DNA from: a virus
Length of the DNA: 64,000 nucleotides
IMG/VR virus record: IMGVR_UViG_3300037483_001478
Coordinates: 7,989-71,988 of that record
Strand: one strand, 5' to 3'
Numbering within the stretch: position 1 is the first letter of the stretch; each line of letters begins with the position of its first letter. The notes under the pieces are model-generated. The model was given only the letters and a program-made list of their open reading frames with translations. It was not told where the DNA came from and ran no database searches. The position numbers were made by a program, and so were the translations under genes. Positions 37,931-45,493 of the stretch are shown piece by piece.

Positions 37931-39040
37931 ATGGCAACCTTAGTACAATCTAAGCAAACAAGTACTTCGGGCATTCCTGCCTCTATTTTGACGTTGGATG
38001 CCCTGCCAACAGTCGGCAACTTACTAGTTTTTATAAACATACAGCACGACACCGACGCGTCTAATGATGTTGGGGAGGCTTCTTCTGTAGGAATAGGCAC
38101 CGACGTATTGAGTCTAGTGTACTCGTACTACGATGCACTAACCTCGATCAGTATCCAAGTATTTGCGGGCAGGGTAGCAGACGGCACTGATGATGAAGTT
38201 ACGTGGAGCAATAATGCCGGCGGAGCCGAGTGGTTTGACCATTTTGCTCTGGAATACTCCGACATAGAGGACTTTTCTGTTGCGGAGACTTTAGAAATCA
38301 CAGCTTACGGGGCATGGGCTACTGCTTCGATAGAGCCAAACACCGCGGATGCGCATTTTCTTTCTATTTGCGTGGCCAGCTTGGTGATTTCGTCGAAGTT
38401 GATCGGGGATACGACGATCGACGCTCCGTTTACCTTTGCCGCCCAGAGCACTATATCCACTGGAAAATACGCAAAGATTTATGATTACTCCCCAGGAGAC
38501 ACCGATCCCGTAAATTCCACAGGCTCGATGACTCCAGGCAACGACGCACCGAATCACACGGCCGCTGTTGCCCTACTCATGTTCGATGCGGCGCCCCCTC
38601 CTTCTGACATTGAAGGAAGTACCGGAATAACCTTTGGCGGGTCGGGCTTGCTGACCGCTCCAGGCATAGTGAGAGCCTCAGGGGGCTACCCTATAAAGCC
38701 GTTAGCGACGCTCACCGCTAAAGTGGCGGACTGGACAACAGCGAAGATAAAAGGAGACCCCGCTGTAGACAATTTGTTGACGGTAGTAGGAGGATCGCAA
38801 CTGGGTATAAGTGGCTCGTATAGTGGAGCGGCCTATGTTTTAGGGCCGGAGCTAGATTTAGTGGGGCCTCCGTTAAAACTGGGGGTCCAAAAAGGGGATC
38901 GAATTCTTCTCAATAACCCGGCAGGCCCTAACCACTTGTCAACCCTTACGGTGGATGACCCAGCAACCTTGACGATCTTAGAGACTATCGACTCCCCTGA
39001 CGCTACTGAGTATGAGTTCGAAGTCCTCCGGAGGCGCTAA
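37931..39040 (+). CDS. tail fibre/appendage protein
   Basis: MATLVQS..PTVGNLLV beta-rich; GGGAGG SD before ATG 37931. Confidence 0.65.
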   Translation: MATLVQSKQTSTSGIPASILTLDALPTVGNLLVFINIQHDTDASNDVGEASSVGIGTDVLSLVYSYYDALTSISIQVFAGRVADGTDDEVTWSNNAGGAEWFDHFALEYSDIEDFSVAETLEITAYGAWATASIEPNTADAHFLSICVASLVISSKLIGDTTIDAPFTFAAQSTISTGKYAKIYDYSPGDTDPVNSTGSMTPGNDAPNHTAAVALLMFDAAPPPSDIEGSTGITFGGSGLLTAPGIVRASGGYPIKPLATLTAKVADWTTAKIKGDPAVDNLLTVVGGSQLGISGSYSGAAYVLGPELDLVGPPLKLGVQKGDRILLNNPAGPNHLSTLTVDDPATLTILETIDSPDATEYEFEVLRRR

Positions 39041-39555
39041 TGCGTTCCAATTTCAGAGCAAGATTGCGAGAGCGCGGCAAAATCGTTCCGGGGTCTTTAC
39101 GCGAAGGCCACAACATTGTCACGGAAGCTGGCTTGCAGGCGCTGGCGCATCTTTTGACATGGAGCACCATAGCTCCGGACGTGGCGCTGACAGACCACCG
39201 TTTGCGGTGGATAAGCGTCGGTCAAGGCACTCAGCCCGAAATAGAAGCGGTAGTGGCTCTGAATGACCCTTTGGAGGTAACAGCAGGGGTCTACCTGGTG
39301 CCGATCGACCATGCTTCCACAGTCTTTTCTGCTACGACTACCTTGAAGATCGTCAAGGAGTTCGCAACCACCGACCTTTCCTTTGGAGGCCCGGTAACCA
39401 TAGCTGAGGCGGGCTTATTTGTCGATTCCGCGCCAGGGCTGGCTCTTAGCGCATCTTCCCCGCTGAACACGCCATTTGCTTACAAGACCTACGACGAGGG
39501 GCTAGTGAAGACAGCGGCGTTCACCTTAGAAATAGAGTGGAACTTTGCCTTTTGA
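39040..39555 (+). CDS. tail-fibre anchor/baseplate protein, paralogue 1
   Basis: GHNIVT..G, IAEAGLF, KT..FTLEIEW. Confidence 0.68.
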   Translation: MRSNFRARLRERGKIVPGSLREGHNIVTEAGLQALAHLLTWSTIAPDVALTDHRLRWISVGQGTQPEIEAVVALNDPLEVTAGVYLVPIDHASTVFSATTTLKIVKEFATTDLSFGGPVTIAEAGLFVDSAPGLALSASSPLNTPFAYKTYDEGLVKTAAFTLEIEWNFAF

Positions 39556-39563
39556 GGGAACCT

Positions 39564-40151
39564 ATGAATCTATTGAGCGACATCGACGTGCTCTGCAATT
39601 TTCACGCGCAAATGCGTTGTAGGGGAAAACTGGTTCCCAGCTCTGTGCGGGACGGTCACAACGTATTTACAGTGACAGGGCGCAATCTACTTGCAAGGCT
39701 GCTGTCGTGGCAGACCATTGGAGGCACTGACATACCTTACACCAACCGTAGAGTGCGCTGGATGGGTGTAGGGATCGGCAGTCAGCTTGAGGTATCGACA
39801 GTGTCGTCCCTTGCACAAGCTCAGCTGGGTGACGCCATAAACTACTTGTTGCCCGTTCAAGCGACAGAGTTCCCTACGACTACGTCGGCCCGGTTCATTC
39901 GGGAATTTGGCGCCAATGAGATAACCATATCCAACACACCTGTAGTGGTTACAGAAGCAGGTATGTTCGCTGATGTGCTGCCTGCTTCTGCGGGCGGGGT
40001 CGACGATGTTGCAGTAGACCCAGGTAACGTGGACACAGTTCTCGACCCATCGGTGGGCACTAATCCGCCGATAGCCTACAAAGTGTTCGAACCCCTGACC
40101 AAAACCGTAGATTTCACGTTGGAAATCCGTTGGGATATCCGTTTCGGGTGA
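39564..40151 (+). CDS. tail-fibre anchor/baseplate protein, paralogue 2
   Basis: GHNVFT..G, VTEAGMF, KTVDFTLEIRW; start reassigned to ATG 39564. Confidence 0.68.
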   Translation: MNLLSDIDVLCNFHAQMRCRGKLVPSSVRDGHNVFTVTGRNLLARLLSWQTIGGTDIPYTNRRVRWMGVGIGSQLEVSTVSSLAQAQLGDAINYLLPVQATEFPTTTSARFIREFGANEITISNTPVVVTEAGMFADVLPASAGGVDDVAVDPGNVDTVLDPSVGTNPPIAYKVFEPLTKTVDFTLEIRWDIRFG

Positions 40152-40159
40152 GGTGACTC

Positions 40160-43100
40160 GTGGCCGCTCCTCTAAAGCATGTTGAGCTCGGATCTCTAGT
40201 TGGCTCCTGGCCCTATCTTCCGGTTGTAGGGCCTGGCGGGCAGTCTTCCATACTGCCAAGAACGGTGTTAGCGAAGGCCCGCATCTTGGGAGTGCGCCGA
40301 GAGCCCTCTGCTGGGTACAACGTGGAAGGCAAGTCCTTCAAACTATACGTCGACAACACGGTTACGCCGACGGTAGTGTCCTTGGTAGGTGCGGGCAACT
40401 TAACGCTGGACACCGTGATCTCCCAGATCAACGCAGCGGTGGGAAGCACGGTAGCCAAGCGTGACAACGGCTTTCTACTCTTGGAAAGCCCCACAACAGG
40501 CACGGGAAGCTACTTGCGCCTTGAGCAAGACGCTACCATTTCTGACGTGTTTCTGGAGCTGGGCCTGTTCTCTGAGTCTGTTTCAGAGGCCGGGGAGTTG
40601 GCGCAAGCTACGCACGTCGACCCTACTCGACAAGTGTGCCCTCCAGGCCAACTCACTCTGGCAGAGGGTGAGGACCTAGACGCTCGGGCGTTCAACAGGG
40701 CATTGTTCCAGCTATCCGTCAACAACGACCGCAACGAAGGCTTGCTGAGCAAGAAGAGGATTGCGTCTCAAGGTGAAGTATCCCTCAACTACACTCCAAC
40801 GGGCGTGCCCACAGAGGAAGGCTACCAGTTTACTGGAAGCACACTGGTGTATACAGGCCCGGATGCGACACCTAGCTTAACGCAACTAGCTAGGTTGTTT
40901 GTGGTCCTAGACAACCAAGACCGGGAACTCACCAAAGAAGTAGAGGTGAATCTAGGCACAGCAGCATCTGCTACTTGGGCGGTAGACTCCGACACTGGAG
41001 CACTCCTCATTACTCTCGGGGGCGGTGCGGGGTTTTCCATCGACGTGGGAGATCTTGCAGGAGACGTTTACCTGGTGACCGCAGCTGCAGGCGCAGGAGC
41101 GTTGCAGAACGTGCGCTTGAAAATCCTAGAGCGCCTCGCCTCTGATGTGGCCCGGGTTCAAAACATTGCAGCCGACGGGTCTACGCCAACGCCTACAGGG
41201 GCATTTTCGGTCGACAAGATCGAAGTACACACAGTGCCAGTGCAGGTTGAGGAAGTACGCACTGCCCAGGCAGGTACTCGAGTCGAGCAGGTGCAGCTCA
41301 CAAAGACTGCGGCAATAGCCCCCGATCGCGTGGACAAGAACAACCGTATCGTAGTCGTAGGTGCAGACTTTGTTACTGATGCGGTGGCACCTGGTGACGT
41401 TTTGGTATGGGCGGGTCATACGACGTCTACGCCTTTTTTGAACAACGGAACCTACCGGATATCGCGAGTAGTCGATAAAGAAACAGTGGAGGTGGTAGCG
41501 GCGGATTGGGGAGCGGCCTACCTGAATCCGGACCTTATTAGCGGCTCGCCGGGAACGATCACGATAACGACAGATGGGTACTTCTGGAAAGATCCCTTCA
41601 TCAAGTTTCGGGACGTACCTGACGGAGCGGTACCTGCAAATGGGCAAGCCATCAAGATTCGTTTCATGCAGGCGAGCACCTTTCGGGATGCCACGGATGA
41701 CCCTGCAATACTTGTAGGGCGCGGCGTTCGCTACGATCAAGAAGTGGATTACCTGACCCAGAAGGCTCTTCTGAACGTCGTGGGCCCCTCCATCGTTTCG
41801 TTTGAGGACCTTTTGTTTGGGGATCGACGTCTCAACCTCGAGGACCTCGATTACCGCCTCGATCTGGAGCACTACCCTCATGATGTGGCGGGGCCGGACG
41901 GCCTTACGGGGCATGTTGGGCGCCACAAGGCGATACGGCCCGATACTGTAGACATGTTCCCTGGAGTGGACGGAGAGACGATAACCGTCCGTGGTACTGC
42001 GGTGGACAGCACTTGGGACGCTAAGCTGGCCGTCCGCGACGGGGCAGGTACTCTCGGTTTCAAGATCGACAAGTACGGGCACGTGCGTCTAATAGGCAAC
42101 CCTCGAGCTTGGCTATACCTTGAAGCTGACGGCACAAGCATTGACGGGTCTTCCGTTATCGGGTCCAGCGGTACCGATTTATACTTCATAAGCGATTCTA
42201 CGGCGCCGGATCCTAAAGTTTGGGCGTTCGGTGCGTACCCAGACAACGACATATTGAAGTTAGATGTAGTCAACGACGGCACTGGGCCTAACGCGTTCAA
42301 CGGTGCGCAAGTATGGGACACAGCCGGCAGGGTGGGCCTAGGCGGTATCATAGCGCCGGAAGCTGCGTTGCACATTCTGGCGAGGCCCTCTCCGCTACCC
42401 GGTACAGGGTCAATCCATGAGTATCTGTCCAATAGCGCGGTAGGCCCAACCCTCGTAGCAAGGAAGGCCCGCGGCACTGCTGTTGGCGCGGAAGCGGATG
42501 TACAGGCGGGCGATCTACTCGGTCAGATCTTTGCCTACGGGTGGCAGAATAGTGCCTACCAACTTGCGGGTGTGCTGAAGTTTAGGGCCAATCTAGTTGA
42601 CGGTGCCGATGTCCGAAGCGAGGCGCTGCTCTCAGTAAATAGCCTTTCTGAAGGCCTTGTGGAAGTACTGCACGCCAAGGGGTCGGTAGTGACCCATGTG
42701 AGGGCGCTGCGTCCCCTCATTGTAGAGAATGGAACGTCATTCCCCACCGATCCTATATCGGTACTGACGGCCTATCGTAGCGACGCAGATGTTACCGAAG
42801 GCCACCTCTATTTGCGACAGGATGGCGCGGGCGACGCTCGACTGGACTTTGGCATAGGAACGAGTGGAGAACACGGTTCTTGGGGGGTCGATAACAGCGC
42901 GAACGAGGTCGTTGCAGCAATTGCATCGGGTGGACGGGTGGGCGACTATGCGTCCGCCACCAAGTTTATGCGGGTAGACGCAGCGACGGGGGTAGTGGGC
43001 ATCCGTGCAGCTCCGGATACAGACTACGACTTAGTCGTGCCGTCGGTACAGTCCGACGCGATGTATTCCAATGGACCTACGCTGGTGCCCATTGGGGTCA

Positions 43101-43582
43101 CTTCAAGAACCGTTACGTACTACGTAGGGGCTAACAACGCGGTTTTGGTGGGGGTTTCCGGAGATACAACAAGAAACGCGGTTGCAGGCACGGTAACAAT
43201 ACTTACCAACACAGGAAACGGCGAGGCATCTATACCTATCCCTCTTCCGAGGCACACACACCCGTTGGTTGCGGTCTCTATACGGCTCAAACGGGTGAAG
43301 GCTAGGATAAATGTAACTGACGGCAATGCCGTGGACGTCACAATTAGAGAGCGGGACTACTCGGACGGCGTTGGGGTGTCTAGTGAACTTGTGGCAACTG
43401 CTAGCTTGGTAGCATCAGGGTCGGATATTACTGAATTCGACACAGGGGCGATTGACTTGCCTCTGACAGCCAATCAAATCATTTGGGCGCATTTTGCTGC
43501 GGTCACTGACTCTACAGTTATATCCATGCTAGAGGTGCAGGTGGAAATATTTCAGTCAGCGATTGAGGCCTTTAACATCTAA
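40160..43582 (+). CDS. tail fibre / receptor-binding protein
   Basis: GAGGTG SD; QINAA module; fibre-type GRVGLGG..PEAALHI and KARGT...GDLLG repeats. Confidence 0.7.
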   Translation: MAAPLKHVELGSLVGSWPYLPVVGPGGQSSILPRTVLAKARILGVRREPSAGYNVEGKSFKLYVDNTVTPTVVSLVGAGNLTLDTVISQINAAVGSTVAKRDNGFLLLESPTTGTGSYLRLEQDATISDVFLELGLFSESVSEAGELAQATHVDPTRQVCPPGQLTLAEGEDLDARAFNRALFQLSVNNDRNEGLLSKKRIASQGEVSLNYTPTGVPTEEGYQFTGSTLVYTGPDATPSLTQLARLFVVLDNQDRELTKEVEVNLGTAASATWAVDSDTGALLITLGGGAGFSIDVGDLAGDVYLVTAAAGAGALQNVRLKILERLASDVARVQNIAADGSTPTPTGAFSVDKIEVHTVPVQVEEVRTAQAGTRVEQVQLTKTAAIAPDRVDKNNRIVVVGADFVTDAVAPGDVLVWAGHTTSTPFLNNGTYRISRVVDKETVEVVAADWGAAYLNPDLISGSPGTITITTDGYFWKDPFIKFRDVPDGAVPANGQAIKIRFMQASTFRDATDDPAILVGRGVRYDQEVDYLTQKALLNVVGPSIVSFEDLLFGDRRLNLEDLDYRLDLEHYPHDVAGPDGLTGHVGRHKAIRPDTVDMFPGVDGETITVRGTAVDSTWDAKLAVRDGAGTLGFKIDKYGHVRLIGNPRAWLYLEADGTSIDGSSVIGSSGTDLYFISDSTAPDPKVWAFGAYPDNDILKLDVVNDGTGPNAFNGAQVWDTAGRVGLGGIIAPEAALHILARPSPLPGTGSIHEYLSNSAVGPTLVARKARGTAVGAEADVQAGDLLGQIFAYGWQNSAYQLAGVLKFRANLVDGADVRSEALLSVNSLSEGLVEVLHAKGSVVTHVRALRPLIVENGTSFPTDPISVLTAYRSDADVTEGHLYLRQDGAGDARLDFGIGTSGEHGSWGVDNSANEVVAAIASGGRVGDYASATKFMRVDAATGVVGIRAAPDTDYDLVVPSVQSDAMYSNGPTLVPIGVTSRTVTYYVGANNAVLVGVSGDTTRNAVAGTVTILTNTGNGEASIPIPLPRHTHPLVAVSIRLKRVKARINVTDGNAVDVTIRERDYSDGVGVSSELVATASLVASGSDITEFDTGAIDLPLTANQIIWAHFAAVTDSTVISMLEVQVEIFQSAIEAFNI

Positions 43583-43598
43583 CCCGGGGATCCCGAGA

Positions 43599-43988
43599 AT
43601 GACCAAACTGCCTGTAAAAAGCGAAGCGATGGAAAAAGAACTTGGAATAGTGGATCATATCATTCAGGATCCCGGCGCTTACCCACCTTACCTCCGTACA
43701 GCGGTGAAGCGGCTACAGGCTGCTCGTGAGAAAGAGCTAGGGCTTGAGCGCACAATGCAGCAATTGGCCACGCAGATTGCCCAGGCCAACAACCGACTGC
43801 GCCACATGGACCTTGAGTTGGAAAATACGAGGGGAAAGCGCCAAGGGCTAGAGGAGCTCTTCCAAGATCCGGACCTACTGAAGTATGATTTGGTTGAGCC
43901 AAGATCAGAAGAGGCTGAGGAGGGGAAAAGGTACGAAGATGCCCCCTCAGCCGAACAACCCGCACGAGGGGAGGTCACTGCGGCCTAA
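43599..43988 (+). CDS. coiled-coil protein (possible fibre chaperone)
   Basis: heptad-rich segment directly after fibre gene; start uncertain. Confidence 0.55.
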   Translation: MTKLPVKSEAMEKELGIVDHIIQDPGAYPPYLRTAVKRLQAAREKELGLERTMQQLATQIAQANNRLRHMDLELENTRGKRQGLEELFQDPDLLKYDLVEPRSEEAEEGKRYEDAPSAEQPARGEVTAA

Positions 43989-44004
43989 CCCCCTGGAGCC
44001 GCGA

Positions 44005-44496
44005 ATGCGCAAAACCTTTCTGATTGCCTTTCTTCTTTTGGCAACGCCTTACACCTGGGCCCAAGGCACCCCAGAACCTAAAGCCATTCCTGGAATAGGC
44101 ACATCCCCAAGTCCCGAGGATGCTGACGTAAGCCTCAGCGATTTGGCTGCCGATGCCTCGGAGATCCGCAAGGCTGTTTTGGCCTACAGAGCTCAAGAAG
44201 AATCTACAACCAAAAGGCTAGCTTTGGCCGCCCTGCTGGCCCTGATCTTTAAGGGTATGCTCGATGTTCTAAAGCTCTCTGGGCCGTTTTGGAAGGGGCG
44301 CAAGGGTAAGAATGTACTCAAGGCCTCGACGTTGATGCTAGGGTTACTGATGGGCCTTTTCGCCCAGATTGGTATGGGAATGCCCTGGTCAGAGTCTCTT
44401 CTGCTGGCTTTATCGGGGCCAGGCGCCATGGTGATGCACGAAATTGGCAAGATGTTTACCAAGCAGGAACCCACAAATGCCAACACTGCAACCTAG
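44005..44496 (+). CDS. membrane protein with signal peptide and 2-3 TMs (holin-like)
   Basis: MRKTFLIAFLLLATPYTWA; hydrophobic LALAALLALIF, LMLGLLMGLFA; GGAG SD. Confidence 0.6.
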   Translation: MRKTFLIAFLLLATPYTWAQGTPEPKAIPGIGTSPSPEDADVSLSDLAADASEIRKAVLAYRAQEESTTKRLALAALLALIFKGMLDVLKLSGPFWKGRKGKNVLKASTLMLGLLMGLFAQIGMGMPWSESLLLALSGPGAMVMHEIGKMFTKQEPTNANTAT

Positions 44497-44863
44497 CGCA
44501 TTGCCTACTCTGGCCGAGGAAGCTGCCTCGGCCAAGACTAAGCCCATCCTGGCCTACGCCCTAGCTGCCCTAGCCTCGGTCGCTTTCGGGGTAGTAGGGT
44601 TTCTATATGTCTACTGGAGGCGCAAAGCGGCTGTCCTGGCAGCACAGGTGAGAAGGGCTGAGGAAGACCTTAGGGAAGCACGAGAAACAGCCCTACAGGC
44701 TAAAAATGAGGAAATGGCCAAAGAGGCGCACGACAAGGTAACGGGCCTCCTAATTCAAATCGCGGAGCTCCGAAAGGAGCAAGAAAAGCGGGAGCAAAGC
44801 TTCAAGGAGTACGCCCTGCTTTTGAAGAAAGTGACCTCATGGGACGCCCTCGATATCAAGTAG
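44477..44863 (+). CDS. TM-anchored coiled-coil protein (i-spanin-like)
   Basis: TM ILAYALAALASVAFGVVGFLYVYW, then RRK and a long coiled coil. Confidence 0.6.
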   Translation: MPTLQPSALPTLAEEAASAKTKPILAYALAALASVAFGVVGFLYVYWRRKAAVLAAQVRRAEEDLREARETALQAKNEEMAKEAHDKVTGLLIQIAELRKEQEKREQSFKEYALLLKKVTSWDALDIK

Positions 44864-45297
44864 CCGCGGCACTGTTTGTGGTCCTTCCTGCCCTGGCTGC
44901 CCAGGCAGGAAGGACCTCGGTGACCTTTCAAATCCTTCCTAAAGGGGAGCGGTTCATCCTCCCTAGCGGGGAAGAGGCGCGCCTGCTTGCCCTAGATGAG
45001 TGGCTACAACTGGCGGTAGCGGACGCCGAGCTCGCAAAGTTGCGCAGTGAGACCGCTACACAAGAGCTGTTGATCGACCTATACGCGGAAGCAGCTGGCG
45101 CTAAAGGCCAGATTGTTGAAGCTGTAGAGAAAAACAATCAAGTGCTCAAGAACCAATCCGAGCGTTTGGAAGAGCGCTGGCACGCTTGCGAGGACGCCCT
45201 AGTAAAGTCGTCCTCTCCTTCCTACTGGCCCTACGCGGTAGCCTTATTTGGGACTCTGTTGGGGGCGGCAGGGCTAACTGTTTTGGCCACAAAGTAG
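44839..45297 (+). CDS. exported coiled-coil protein with C-terminal hydrophobic anchor (spanin-like)
   Basis: signal-like VAAALFVVLPALAAQA; C-term YAVALFGTLLGAAGLTVLA; no lipobox Cys. Confidence 0.55.
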   Translation: MGRPRYQVAAALFVVLPALAAQAGRTSVTFQILPKGERFILPSGEEARLLALDEWLQLAVADAELAKLRSETATQELLIDLYAEAAGAKGQIVEAVEKNNQVLKNQSERLEERWHACEDALVKSSSPSYWPYAVALFGTLLGAAGLTVLATK

Positions 45298-45326
45298 GGA
45301 GTGACCCCCTGTTTGGGGGTCACTCC
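45298..45326. terminator. hairpin at the junction of the convergent tail and replication operons
   Basis: perfect 12 bp stem GGAGTGACCCCC-TGTTT-GGGGGTCACTCC; no clear U-tract. Confidence 0.6.
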
Positions 45327-45490
45327 TCTGGAATTCCGGCTTGCAGAATTTTGCCTAGCAGCTCTGCACGCTCGATGCGGCTGAAGTACCCTACACCGAC
45401 CTGGTCGGCGAGCTGCTTGAGCCCAGGAAGACTCATTCGGCTGATTTCTTCGGAGGTCAGTACCAGGGTACCCTCCGAAGCCTCTACTCC
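45320..45490 (-). CDS. Rho-N/HeH-like mini-domain in the -1 frame of the upstream gene (frameshift extension, or 38 aa ORF from ATG 45436)
   Basis: GVEASEGTLVLTSEEISRMSLPGLKQLADQVGVGYFSRIERAELLGKILQAGIPEE*; not in ORF track. Confidence 0.6.
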   Translation of the reverse strand, partial: GVEASEGTLVLTSEEISRMSLPGLKQLADQVGVGYFSRIERAELLGKILQAGIPEE

Positions 45491-45493
45491 CCC
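45448..45493 (-). promoter_or_regulatory. candidate -1 ribosomal frameshift signal
   Basis: G_GGG_GAG (45493-45487), 6 nt spacer UAGAGG, hairpin CUUCGGAGG-GUAC-CCUG-GUAC-UGA-CCUCCGAAG (45480-45448). Confidence 0.5.

Noticed and set aside
41126-42082. Long antisense ORFs (318 aa here; also 755-1459, 46669-47316, 51118-51807)
   Set aside because: Shadow ORFs opposite well-supported genes in GC-rich DNA; no recognisable motifs.
37931-43582. Diversity-generating retroelement or invertible fibre cassette
   Set aside because: No reverse transcriptase, invertase or near-identical nucleotide repeat noticed; a self dot-plot would settle it.
45448-45480. Hairpin as intrinsic terminator or UAG-readthrough signal
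   Set aside because: No U-tract on either side; 0-frame readthrough hits TGA after 8 codons.
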